Shown here in pieces: positions 37,001 to 49,200 of a stretch of 64,000 nucleotides of DNA. The translations under genes were made by a program, and so were the position numbers. The notes under the pieces were generated by a model. It made no database searches. It was not told the DNA's origin and saw only the letters and a program-made list of their open reading frames with translations. This DNA comes from Ophelia neglecta (lineage: Eukaryota): assembly GCA_965285935.1 (NCBI GenBank), contig OZ260662.1:71052001-71116000 (forward strand), read 5' to 3'. Numbering within the stretch: the stretch's first letter is position 1; every line of letters begins with the position of its first letter.

Positions 37001-39198
37001 TGTGTTCTAACAGCTATAACAAACACTATTGGGACACTCGCCACAGCGAGAAGTGTGACGTGCTAAGCAACACATAGACATGGAGATTTGCTATATATAA
37101 AGAAAGACACCCGGGACGTGCACTCCAGAAAAACAGGACATATGATAGTTAACATCTTTGAAAGGTACCCCATTTTCAAATGATATCTGGTTAATAAATT
37201 CTCCTTTTTTCGGGAAAACATTGTTTTCTTCATCTAGATAAACATTATTTTAAAGAAACACTAAATTTGAAAAGTTAGTCTTTTTTAGGTAAGGAAAGGA
37301 GGTGCTTATTAATTCCTTTTGACCTGGTGATTCGACCAGAGAAAAAAAACATATTAAAACCACTTGCTTTTGAATCGTGGATTTTTCATGCTTGTGTTTT
37401 GTTCAATGAATAATACCTGTGTAGTTTTGGATACCCACTCTTGTGCAGAAATCAGCTTTTTAATAGTCAGCCTCACACAAGTGATCAAGTAGTGTTATGT
37501 GTATACGTTCATGTGGTAAATGAGAAAGTAGTTTGTCAAAGGTGGCACTCCTATTTTAGTCTTCGGAACAAATTTGAATCCCACAAAGCCTCTATTTTCG
37601 CCTTGGCGGCTTGTCCAACATATTGTAGGAAAGCAAACATTGATTTTAACATTATGAAAACAACCATGGACACTTTCTGTCGACCCATTGTCTGTTGGAA
37701 TCCCGCTGGAAAAAACCCCTGTTTAAAACTTCGCGAAGTCTGTTGAAAAAAAAACTATTTTCCGGGTATTGGCAGACAGGCGATGTGGGAAATAATACCC
37801 CTTTTCGTGAAATTGGGAAGGATTATGCATTTCAATTTGCGCAGGAAGTGCAGGAAAGTGGATCATCCAGGGCAGTGATGCATGGATGGCAGGACATCCT
37901 ACGTTGGCGAATATGACAGACAATATTTCTGATTCTTTACGTTTGAAAGTGCATTTATCTATTCGATAACATGCATTATATCTGAGCTAGTTGCGCATTT
38001 ATACGTTTGATAACATATGATAACTAACGCCCTATTATCAAGTGAACGCCGTTCGAAACACGCGTGCACTCTCATGCAAATGGCATTGGTTTTTAAAAAT
38101 GGTAATAAATGTACGGTTTCTAACTTTTACTTTAAAATAAGAGGATCGCGCTCAGTTCGTAACTTTTGTATTAAATCCGTTAACATTTTTCCTTGAACTC
38201 GACGTTTCATTTCTTACCTAGTAGACATGGAAGTCGACAGAGCGATCACAAAGACACGAAATCATTATGTTAAGCCTAAGATATTCGTGATTCCACAAGG
38301 ATGCATTGTTTAGAATGTCTAAATTCACTGTTTTATATAGTGCATGCTCTAACTCCAACTGATGGACCCCCAAATAGCCTACATTATCTATTCCGCAATA
38401 TTAATATCCAGTGCCACAATTATTGCGACAGCGCCCGCATATCAAGTAGTTTATTAATTACATAAATGGTGAGATATATCTTCAAAACAAGCTCTAGGAG
38501 ACAATGTATATTATTATTGAACAAACGTGTTCACGACCATCTCTTTCTATCGGCGGGCACACGTACTTGGTGGCTCCCACAATCTCTGTGTTCCCCAAGC
38601 ACATCTACATACATACTACAAGTTCAGGACGTCACACTCCTCCCTTCTCCGGGCGAGTTTCCAGACAGTGATGAAAAGAAAGCTAAAGATCAAGCCTAGA
38701 GAACTATTACCCTTTTCACAAGTATATTCCGCTTCAAAGTATGGCTTAAGGTCCTTCGGACATGGTCTCGTACTTTTGAAGGCGGAGTTGGGGACTGGTA
38801 TTCGACACGACCTCCGGCCCGAACACCACTGTAACAGAAAGAGACATAAAGCCATAACATGCCATATTAAAACTTTCAAAAAATTGTCCATCGTTAAAAC
38901 ACCCTTTTTATTTAGGCGCCAAAGTCGAAAGCGGCCAAGAGATCTGCATGTAGAAGTAGGCCTAATAAAAATCAACATTTCTTTATTTAGCGTCCTTTTA
39001 ATTTTTGGTTTCTCGTTTTCAGATGTCCTACCTTATCGGCGAGGTGGAGGACGTCTTTTTGACATCCCACATGACCATAATCCCTGTCAACACAACGTCC
39101 GAATCTCATCCGGCCATAGTTAGCGGTCTGTACAAGGATCACCTCATTTGGACCGCAGTCGGCTTCAAACATTTCCGTCTCACAGTACTCAGGTATGC
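33296..39198 (-). CDS. Gene 2: type I membrane protein, SUEL/Gal-lectin + CUB-like + sushi-like + TM + proline-rich cytoplasmic tail (5' exon(s) not identified)
   Basis: Exons 39032-39198, 38711-38828, 36482-36877, 36038-36190, 34848-34901, 34503-34584, 33296-34082 splice GT-AG with phases 1-0-1-1-1-1-2 into one frame of about 584 aa ending ...KMGTV-stop. Confidence 0.85.
34503..34584 (-). CDS. Gene 2 exon: transmembrane helix (MTLVIVVAIAVGIGIVILSLGLVC-KR)
   Basis: Hydrophobic run of about 23 residues followed by a basic stop-transfer segment; phase 1-2. Confidence 0.9.
34848..34901 (-). CDS. Gene 2 exon: 54-nt juxtamembrane stalk (ASYPVFGEFQWGNFLIPF)
   Basis: tttcag acceptor, G|GTGAGT donor, symmetric phase 1-1, open frame. 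Confidence 0.7.
36038..36190 (-). CDS. Gene 2 exon: 4-Cys sushi/CCP-like module
   Basis: GCADP...VGC...LICVNSEWQGTVGNC; phase 1-1. Confidence 0.85.
36482..36877 (-). CDS. Gene 2 exon: CUB-like domain
   Basis: SGYISN...DCPWMIQGKHGQKFNISLIDF...C...TVCSG...FLLKY; phase 1-1. Confidence 0.9.
38711..38828 (-). CDS. Gene 2 exon: SUEL second half (WCSGRRSCRIPV...PCPKDLKPYFEAEYTC)
   Basis: CSG..SC and PC.....Y....Y.C SUEL motifs; phase 0-1. Confidence 0.9.
39032..39198 (-). CDS. Gene 2 exon: SUEL/Gal-lectin first half (EYCETEMFEADC...ANYGRMRFGRC...GCQKDV)
   Basis: A-x-YGR lectin motif; AAG|GTAGGA donor. An in-frame alternative acceptor about 30 nt upstream would add VIYGCTTLTL. Confidence 0.88.
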
Positions 39199-41169
39199 CT
39201 AGGGTCAGAGTTGTACAGCCATATATTACTATTAGTTATACAACGTGTTTATACGTTTGCCTGTGGCCACCGGGTAGCAAAATGGCCAGACAACTACTTT
39301 AAAAGTTAATAACATAAAGTCAATGATATAGTTCGAAGATATCTTGTCGACATGTCGATGATGTCTATATATCTAGACTTTTTAGAGTTACATTTCTGAG
39401 TGGAATATATATTTTTGACCAGCCTAGAACCCCGCCCCGCTCCCATGAAGTGGATACAAAAACACCACAGGCACGAGCGAGACACATAAAAAATGTACGA
39501 CATTCTTCCGTTACAGGAAAAAGGTGTTCCCAAGCTCCTGCTGAAGAACCTTAGAGTGGAAGTCAATATATTACAGAAATATATGCTACTCGCTAAATAT
39601 ATTTGTGACCATAGCCTTCGTGAAGAGCTTCATGAACATTTCACAGGCCGGGACCACGAGAGCTAGGCAATCTTCTAGACTCAGAACGCACCGCGTGAGC
39701 AGGATGGTAGGGGCGCCACAAGTGCGTCATGAAGGCACAATGAATGCATAATACATATCCTTTTACGTCATAGAATCAAGATTGCTGTATAATAAATATT
39801 TTGTGACTTCGAGTGGAAAAAACGCGACTGACCCAGCTGCTGCGAGCAGTTGATGAGTTCATAGAATACTTAAAAAACCGCCTGAAGGTGGCGACTGTGG
39901 ACCTTGGTTAAGAAAATATAAAAATATTGATTTTGTAACTCCAATATGTAAAACTGTGTCCTATGAGACCTTACGGCAATGTGTTTTTAGCTAAATGCCA
40001 TGTTAATCGGACCGCCCCTTAGACCGCCACCACCATAATGCTTATCATAACTAATCAGCCTATCTTAACCACCAGAGAGCCACTGACAGTTGTCGTCTTC
40101 ATGGCCACTCTTAATAAGAATATCCTCGCCAGATTATGTTTTATCCCTTCCAAGTAACTACAAAATGCATCCTAAAGTATGTTCTTGACGAAGTTTAGTT
40201 GGTCAGGACGGGCTGTGCTAAGTACCTGTGGTAACATCAAGTCCACCAAGGACTGAACTAAACTGGGGCCAGATTTCACTTCTTAATGAATATTATATAT
40301 AATATTCATTAACTATAGCCTATACCTGCATCTAAATTTGTAGTTGATACTAAGTTTTGTTGCGCCTAAAGGCGGTCCTAATTTAAAATCTGCAGATTGG
40401 CACTAACTTAAACTTGTGTAAAAGGATAGGCGTTCAAACATTCAAAGAATAATCGAGAAACAGAGGATGTTCACGAATACACTAGCATAAAAAATGTATA
40501 AAAAGCAACGGGCCCGCGTGGCCATTTGGGCAGTTGTTCTTTGAATATATATGGGACGAACCCAGTCTCTGTTCATGATATGTTTGAATGCATACGTGAT
40601 GAAAGTGATATAAAACAACACCAATTGACATGTTGAATTTAACTTAACGAACGTATTATCAAACTGTCTTTCCTTCAATCCAGCTACAGTATATCTAGGC
40701 AAAATATTGCCAGACTTATTGCTTCCCTGCAGATTAACCCCGCCAGATAAGGCCAGCTGGTGACATTACTTCAATCAAAATAGATCAGCCCGCAGTGAAC
40801 GCTAGTGCCCTAACCAGTATCATTCTGACAAATGCTACATTAAGGAATGTTGGGAAAGTCACCGCTCCTTCGTCTGCGATAATGAAATGGGTCTCTGGCA
40901 AATCTTCGTCTAATTGAACGGACTTACCAAACGTCTGCAGGGGAACTCTGTTTTTGGTCATCTGATATTGAGCAATGCAATTTCTATAGCGGCATATTTG
41001 TACATGTGTCGAAGCACATGTATAAACACATTGAATGAATTACTTCTACCAAGACTGTTGTCAGCCTTAAGCTGTTTTCTTTAGAAATGAGGCCAGCGAT
41101 TTCAAAACAGAGTGGACTCATTATTGTAAGCATCTGCGCTGGTAAGACCGCTACACTCTCGAGGCCACC

Positions 41170-41437
41170 CAAGGCGGTTTACAAAGCTCATGGACAGCCG
41201 GCTCACTAAGGGCGACATTTTCGTGGTAGCCGTTGGGAGACCAACGATTATTTTTGCTTGAGCATTATTTTATTTTTCAATTCAACAATTAGCATTATGC
41301 ACTATTACAAATATCCCCATGTTGTAACCCTTCTCTCCGGAGTGGGGATGGAGGTAGTGTGTGTGTGTGGAAAGGGGGGGGGGGGGCGTTCGGGGTTGTT
41401 CGAGTACTCAGCGGCTTGGTAAGCCGTAGAGCCACCA
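41170..41437 (-). mobile_element. Possible tRNA-derived SINE relic with internal GT/G tract
   Basis: Minus-strand head GGTGGCTCTACGG (A-box-like) and tail TGTAAACCGCCTTG (LINE-tail-like). Confidence 0.3.
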
Positions 41438-43202
41438 GAACTCTAATTTAAATTGTCCGGATGCCCAAAATAGGAATTGCCATATAGCTTTTTTATATTA
41501 AGCAAATATCCTTCAAATAAGCATCAAAGACTTCTCTATTAGCGGTTAAGGCTCACGTCTAAACACTTCTTTCTCATTTTGACTTTGAACGTCACGTTAT
41601 CTTGTAAACATTCTATAGAAATGGGAATCTTGATTCAGATTATGAAAAGGACCCTTTACTACAGCAAAATCTAAAACCAGGACCTTGAGCTATGGGAAAT
41701 CAACGTAGAATCCCCGGGACTCCATTGATAATATCACTCGGACTATTAAAGGTGCAACTTCAGACCATGCAATCGACAACAATTAGTTAAATATCAACGT
41801 TTTTTGCATTAGTTTCTAACATATCAGCATTGGCTCGTTGTCAATAACAACGCATCTTTAATTTGATTATTAATAGCTATTTGAGTTTAATTTTGATGTG
41901 TTTGCAAGGTCATAACACAATATAGTATATTTCAATGCACAATGATGTCTGCTGCTTAACCATTGTTAAGAAGGAAGTACTAAGCTGTGTTGGTCACAGG
42001 ACTAATATAAATGGAGAAGAATAATTTATATTGTAGAAAAATTCATTTCTATACACGTAGGTATTACTGTACATAAAGGTTGATGGGACAACCTTCGAAG
42101 TACTTTAATATAATGATGGCTAGGCATTCATATTCATATTTTCGGTTAAGTAGGTAAATTCGTTGCAAGGCCCCAGACTAGTTGTGTTTTCTCTCCACAA
42201 ATCATTACATAATTATCCCAGATATGTATGGCACATTATTTCATTACCATTACCTATACACCAGTTATGTGAATTTTTTCTACTGTTTTCATACATGCTA
42301 TGAAGCGATATCCTTCTTTTCGGGTGGAAATTAATTTCCGGTCCTGCTTTTAATATCGCAAATATAGGCTATTTGGCTGCAAAGCGTAGTCTACTGTCGG
42401 AAGCAGCATTATCGCCGTCATTCAAGTGTTCCAAGTCACTACATTTTTTCGGGTATATGGGAGCCCAGCTGGAAAACAAAATTGAGTAGGCAGTCATCTG
42501 CCAAAAAAGCTACCCTATCTTAAATCACCGCTTAAAAACTTAGGTTCTTAGCCGTAAAGCGGAAAATGAAGATCTTTTTTACAGCCTACTGAACAATGTA
42601 TGATATTCATTGAATAAAAGTAGTGACAGGTCCCGAGCTAGTGACAGTTTGGCAAGCGCAGGCATTATTATAGCAAAGCAAAGCAAAATCTAGTTCGCCT
42701 ATTTTATAGAAGGCCTTTCTGACAAGATTTGGGGATCAATTATTAATAGCACCATGTCAAAATAGAGGTGGGAGGGGGGTCTTAAAGACTTCAAGCCTGA
42801 AAAAGCTTCTTTTTCTCCACTTCCTTGCAATTATGCTTTTTGTGAAATGGGAGTTAAAGCGTCTTCAAAACCCTTTCTACATAGTTTTCATCTATATGTA
42901 TGTACCAAAAATAAATTAGATATATTCAAAGCAAACGGTTATATAGTATCGGACCCAACTGGGAGATATGTCCGTTAAATGTACCAATCAATGCAGACAA
43001 GTTTGAGATCAAAGGAGTGTCACGCTACCCAATACAAGGTCATGAAAGCCATATGATCATATATAATTAATACATCTACAAAAAGCTGTTTGGAATCGGA
43101 TAAATGACCGTAACGGAAGTGCATTCCACCTGGTTCTCTAAAGAGTAACCCGATGGAAATACGCATGTGACATCAATAAACTTTATGCATTCTGGTCAAC
43201 AA

Positions 43203-43293
43203 AGTAAAGTTCTCTTTGTCAGTGATAAATACTTGATTACCATGCCTTCTTGCCAATACAGTAAAGTTCTGTTTATTAGTGATAAATACTTGT
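43203..43293. repeat. Two-copy roughly 33-bp direct repeat (AGTAAAGTTCT.TTT.T.AGTGATAAATACTTG)
   Basis: Copies begin near 43203 and 43260. Confidence 0.8.
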
Positions 43294-46200
43294 ACTTGTC
43301 CAAATTTTCTGTTCATATTGGATCTAAAAGTTGAAATCATTGTTTTTCGGCAGTTTTTATCTAAATCCTAAGAAATAAGATCAGATGATACAATTTTGAG
43401 TGGAAATTTTAGTAAATAAAGGTGCGTTGTCATGGAAATTAATATTGAGAAATAGATATATAATGAGACACATTTTCCCAAAATAACCGGCTAAAATATA
43501 GACCCAGATTGTTTACACAGGTCATAAAGGGCTCCATTACATCTAGCTTCATACGTATTTGCAAGCGTTGCCATGTCGACGATATGGAAAAGACAACACT
43601 CAAAGGAAATTTAATGTGTTTGGTACATCTGAATGGCAAAAATATAAATGTAATAGCTTTGTTTAAACAATGATTTAAAGTAAAAAATTTCAAGAAATTT
43701 CTGAAATATGACTTCAGCTCCCTTGCCATGGAAATTCTACATTTAATTTTCCTAATTTATTGTTTTCGTGTACCGAAAAACGCTGGCTTTAAGTTGGTAT
43801 CAAGCTTCGCTTTCTGCCAGGTGGTGCAAAGAAATTTTGACCCTGGGCTGATGAACTAGAGCCTATATACCCTAAATCACGGTTCCTGCATGGGTATATA
43901 TATACTGCTCACAAAGTAAACAGCAGTGACTGTTAGTTCCCCTGTAGTGTGCAACAGGTCTGTTAATAGCCAACTATAGCTGCTTGTTCGTTAAAATGTG
44001 CAACTATATTCCTATAGACATATTTAGGCAAATATGCCAATAACTGTTCTAATTGGTTCATTACATTTCAATGTAGTAGTGCGAAGTTCAGTATACATTG
44101 AACCTAAGTGAACTACCGGCCAGAGAAAACCCAATTTTCCTACGTCCATGCCTACATAAGTCTCGTGTAATACATCCCTTGATACAGATTTGATTTATTT
44201 AGGGGGAATCTTGTCACTCAATTGTTTCGATAAAGTCCATGATATCAATAATTTGTTTGAAAAATAATGCACACACGTCGGAAGGGATAGGTGTTATGCC
44301 AAAGCAGGACGAAGGCATGACATTTCTCATAAATCCCCGGTACCTCATGGGAAATTAAATAACCGGCTTGTGAGAAGGATGGAATATGACGCTCGAATAA
44401 ATCATTAGGACACCAATTGTGTTTATGGGTGTTTGCTACTAACTTGCCCCTATGAACTGAAGTATGAATCAAATTGAGACGCTAAATATTAATGCATCAA
44501 TATATTTTGACCCTGTTTTATCTGCTTTTTAAACTATTAACACTATAGATTGTGAACAATCCCTTGCCACATCGAGCAGAATGGAAAGCTTCATTGTGGT
44601 TTTATAAGTAATTGCTTTATTTATGGCTGAAATTTTATTTTTAATGAAGTAATAGATATTTATGAGAACAGTTAAAAAATTCTAGTATATCTAAACAATA
44701 AAATTGAAACTTGACAAAAGCCCTTTAAATTGATTTTGGATGAGATACATAGGTGTTAACATTTTTGAGTACAACCCTGAGTTGTGATCCTAAGCCTACT
44801 GTAGCCTATATGACCGAATACAGATTGTGGTTTGTGATTCAGATCAGTTCTGTCTGAGAACACGGCACACTTACCAGCTGAAAACTCCTTTAATACCGGA
44901 AGTTTTTTCTTTATATCACATTTTGAATTTTATACACGTTTTCTCCTTTAGTTAAACTTGTGTCTGATGCTCAGATTAGGTAATTTGACATTCCTGGTAT
45001 TGTCATGATCTTCAATCAAGTGCTATAGCTTCTTGACTCAGCAACATATTACAACACTGGACTTCTCGATCATGAAAAAACAAGTCCAATGCATGTTGGC
45101 TGCGAAAATTGTCAGGGTGTCTAATCTATATTGTGTATGTGTAAACAGGCTCATTCCATTTTTTTCGGGACAAAATTCAATCAAATTAATTGAAATTCAC
45201 CTCCCATAATGAGAATTTGTAAACTGGAGACAGATAGAGAAGAGGACCCATCCAAGGCGACAATAAACACAGGGGAGCTTCAAATACCAACGCTAGGTAA
45301 CTTTAATACCCTCTCTAAACCTTCACAATAAATGAAGATAAATTGAACAGTGGTCGCAGACGAGTAATGCGCAGATGTGTTTTTACCTCATCCCCGGGAG
45401 AAACATGCACATGTCGAAATTTGAATTAGCTTCTACATAGAACCCGGTACACTTTTGCTTCAAATGGTGTTTCACAGCGTTCCCGGAATTTTAGAACAGA
45501 TAGTCTGTTTATAACTCAAACCGTATGCGTACATTTGGCTACTTGTCAACCGTATATCAGTGGGCGATGGAAATAGAGGAAATTCTAATATATAGTGTTT
45601 ATCTTCAAACTGCAACCAACGCAAAATATACTATCGTTAACAAAAATGCACAATTAGGCGGGGTTTTCACGAAGCATTGTAACAGTTCAGTGATTCAGAT
45701 AGGCTACACCCTATAATATACAGCTTCTTGCATTCTTTGCAAAAGCCATTCTCAATTTGTCCTCGTCTCTTTCAGCCAGCACTCAGCCGATTATAAAAAA
45801 AAAGTGCATGGGGAAAGTAAGCGTTTGGGTTTATGACTCATTTTACTGCCAATTTACGCTGAAGAGGAATAAAACGCACAATTAGGGCACATGTAAGGAC
45901 GGTTAAAAGTTTTACAATTTCTCGAACGTACCACCATTTAAGTTAGTTTGGCAGAAAGTGCAAGGTCACTATTCGAAAAAACAAGGTAAAGGGCAATATA
46001 TCTATTTATATTTAATAAAGTTTAAAAAGGCTTATCCCAACTCATTGTATTAGCTTGATTCGAACAGGTAATGAATATCTAATATATAATTTGGCTAGAA
46101 TAAGTTAGGAATGTTGAATAGGAAAACAGGTAGTAACTGGTCTTGAATGAATCACGAGTGTCCACTGGGGAAACAAGAACTTGTTTCGAACAGTAAGGAA

Positions 46201-49200
46201 TATAGAGTAGAGAAACATGAATTAACTTGATCCCAAAAAGTACGAAATATCAATAACAGGAATAGCTTGATTTCAATAAATAAGGAATATCATATAAGGG
46301 AAACAAGGCCCGATAAGCAATAAGTGTACAATAGTGAAACAGGAATAAGTAATGAACGTCGAATAAGGAAATAGGAACCAATTTGACGCTGCTGATCCAA
46401 ACCCCGATTTAGCACTGGCTTTTAGCCAAGAAATGGACAGGCATGGATTTTTCTAGCTATCGTTGGAAATGCTTTCTCAGTCATTCGTATGTTGTGGTGG
46501 ATATTAAACGTATATAGCCAAGCGATATTCCTGTTTACATAGAGTAACGGCGTTTGCATCCATCGATTGTATTGGAGGATAAAACATCAACAGTAAATTT
46601 GCCCCCCGCCCCCTAATAGTTAACCAGCAGTTTATTTCATTATGAGTAGTGATAGAAATATATCTCCGAACGAATAGTGATATATATATATATATATAAA
46701 CTTTATTACCTCCATTTACTGAAGAGTACAAGTAGAACAAGAAGAAGAGAAAAATTGATAGGATAATAAATCGTACAAAAATAATTATTAGAAGTACGAT
46801 AAATTAAATTTAAATTAACTATTGCAAAAAGAGACCTGTCAGCGGTAACATTTGGCATCTAAGGCTACTGTTAGTTCCACATTTACAGTTTGCAATGCTC
46901 ACAATGCCATATATATGTACTCCAACACGTATGGCAACTAATAATAATTTTGCCCGTATATAGACTGGCTTCCAGTCGATCTATTTTTTCTGAAGTGTCT
47001 ACTGACTTACCGAAGTGCGTCAATGCACAGACGATAAAATATGATAACGTTGGACAATATGCTAACCAACACAATAAACAACTACAAACACATTTATTTA
47101 GACTTGGAACATGCAAGTCTTATTCATATTTTGTTGTTATTTCTGTAAATAATAACGACGTATATTCAATTCAATTCATTTTTATCTTCTTATTTTCTAC
47201 AATCGAACATAACCCCCTGAGCTCCTGCTTATATTTAGATAACGGTAATGATAGAAACAAAATATATTGTTATGTTTTTTGCTGCTGCAGTTAGCTGTTT
47301 AAGGACCAACCACAACTATGGCTTCTAGAAGAATTAGAACCATCAGTGTTATTTTAAAAAGGCGTATGCCCCGCGCAAGCAGTCATGTTAAATCTCTTTC
47401 TACGATATCCATTTTGTATAATTATTCGAATGCCACTTGAGAAACATTGGAGGATTGAAGCTTGACAGACGGACTTCCTCGGAATTGATTTTATTTGTAT
47501 ATGTGAGCATGACAGCTGCTTGTTGCTTATTATTGCTACAGGTTGAAGTGGCTGATAAAATCCTATATCAATCAGCCGTACTCGGACTTCAAGGCTCATC
47601 CTGTATTCTCATTTAAGGCCAAGATCGTACGAAAGGAAGGAACATGTTATGCGTTACTTTCTATACTGAATCAACATCAACCATTTCCATATGATTATGT
47701 TATTTCAAGTCATTTAATGTGAAAGTATTTCTAATAACCTTGTGCCATGTCAGCGGTTGAGAAAGTATGAATTTGTTTAAGATGTCAGAAATGTAATATG
47801 CTTTTAAACAAGGTATGCAATAAGTGAAAATCCTTGCATATATTAGGGCTATAAAATTATTTCAATCATGCAATATGAATGGTATTTATCTTAAAACCAA
47901 CAGGCTGCCGTGACATACCTTCCAATTTCAATAAATTAAAAGAAATATTTGTATGGAACTCGAACTTATCATAAGGTGATTTCATTTAAACCGTATATTT
48001 TGGCAATAGCTGCTTCTGGTAATGACTAGTGTTCCAACTGTCAGTCTCAGTTATTTCCTTAAGAATATAGAAACATTTTCAGCCCTAGCACCATCCTTGC
48101 ACTTATAGGCCTAGCCGTATTACCTTTGACATTTTGTTAAGGCCATGTTAACAGCTTCTCTCAAAAGACAAAATCTATCGGCGCGACTAATGTTTAAAGG
48201 GCAAAATAAATTTTAATAAAAAAACGATAAGGACTCTAGGTGCCATTTATTTTATGGCGAATACAGTAAACGAGCAATAAACCATTTGAAGTATTTGAAA
48301 GGCAACGTGTCTTTAATCGTAAATTGGGAGAGCAAGGAACCCGCCGACAAGTGCCGTGTCAGAAATCAAGAGGAAGTGGTCCTAGCGTTATTGATAGTGG
48401 TACTATAGCGGTATTGATCGTAAGGGCTTTTAGGGCGCTGTAAATCAGCCGTTTCATTAGGATGGTCTTCAGGTCGGCAAAGTGGGGCAATAACGATTTG
48501 ACCAGAATCAACGGCCTCTGGACGCCATACGCCGTCTGCTACGAGTGGAGTATGCAGGGAATCATCGATAATAATCATTGAACATAGAAATAAGAACATG
48601 TAAGTCACAGACCAAATGGAAAAGTAACCTGAAAAAGAACGTGTGTGATATTCCGATAGAAAGAATTAGACCTAACCGTTAATGCCCAAACGATAGATCA
48701 AAGACATCGGTACTTTCACATTGGAAATATACACCGTATACATGTTCATGCTGCATGACTTTACTTTCGGCTGAAGAAATAAAGCAACGATATGGAAAAT
48801 TGTAGATAGATATAAATCTTTTTAAACAGTCAGCCTCTAAATTTCTCAGTGTTTTTTGGAGAATAGCGGTCAACGTTTGCTCAAACGCTACGCAAGGCAC
48901 ACATTATAAGAATGGTACACCCGCGACACTTGCCTTGAAATGTAAACGACGAAATATAGTGAGTGTAGCCTATGCAGACAGGAAAGTTGCCTTAAAGGTC
49001 GATAAAAATTAACCTATGTGTATAAACTCAAATGTAAGGCTACATTTGCTCATCTTCAAAGATGTAACGTTCTGTTTTTTTTAAAACTATTTTATGCAAG
49101 CAACCTCATTCATGGTGTTATTAACAGCAGCAGTCACTCCAAGAAACCTACTATTTCAAAGCAATAATAAAAAGGGTGCGAACAGAGACTGGCGTTTACT

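Noticed and set aside
38218-38276. Possible extra exon with TAG|GTAAGA donor inside a gene 2 intron
   Set aside because: It has a stop in the required phase-1 frame and the model splices cleanly without it.
38527-39123. 198-aa plus-strand ORF
   Set aside because: Antisense to the two lectin exons and their intron; no recognisable protein features.
48440-48530. Hammerhead-like CTGAAGA...GAAAC on the minus strand (also CTGATGA...GAAA near 62333)
   Set aside because: Stems I and II do not pair as the catalytic core requires.
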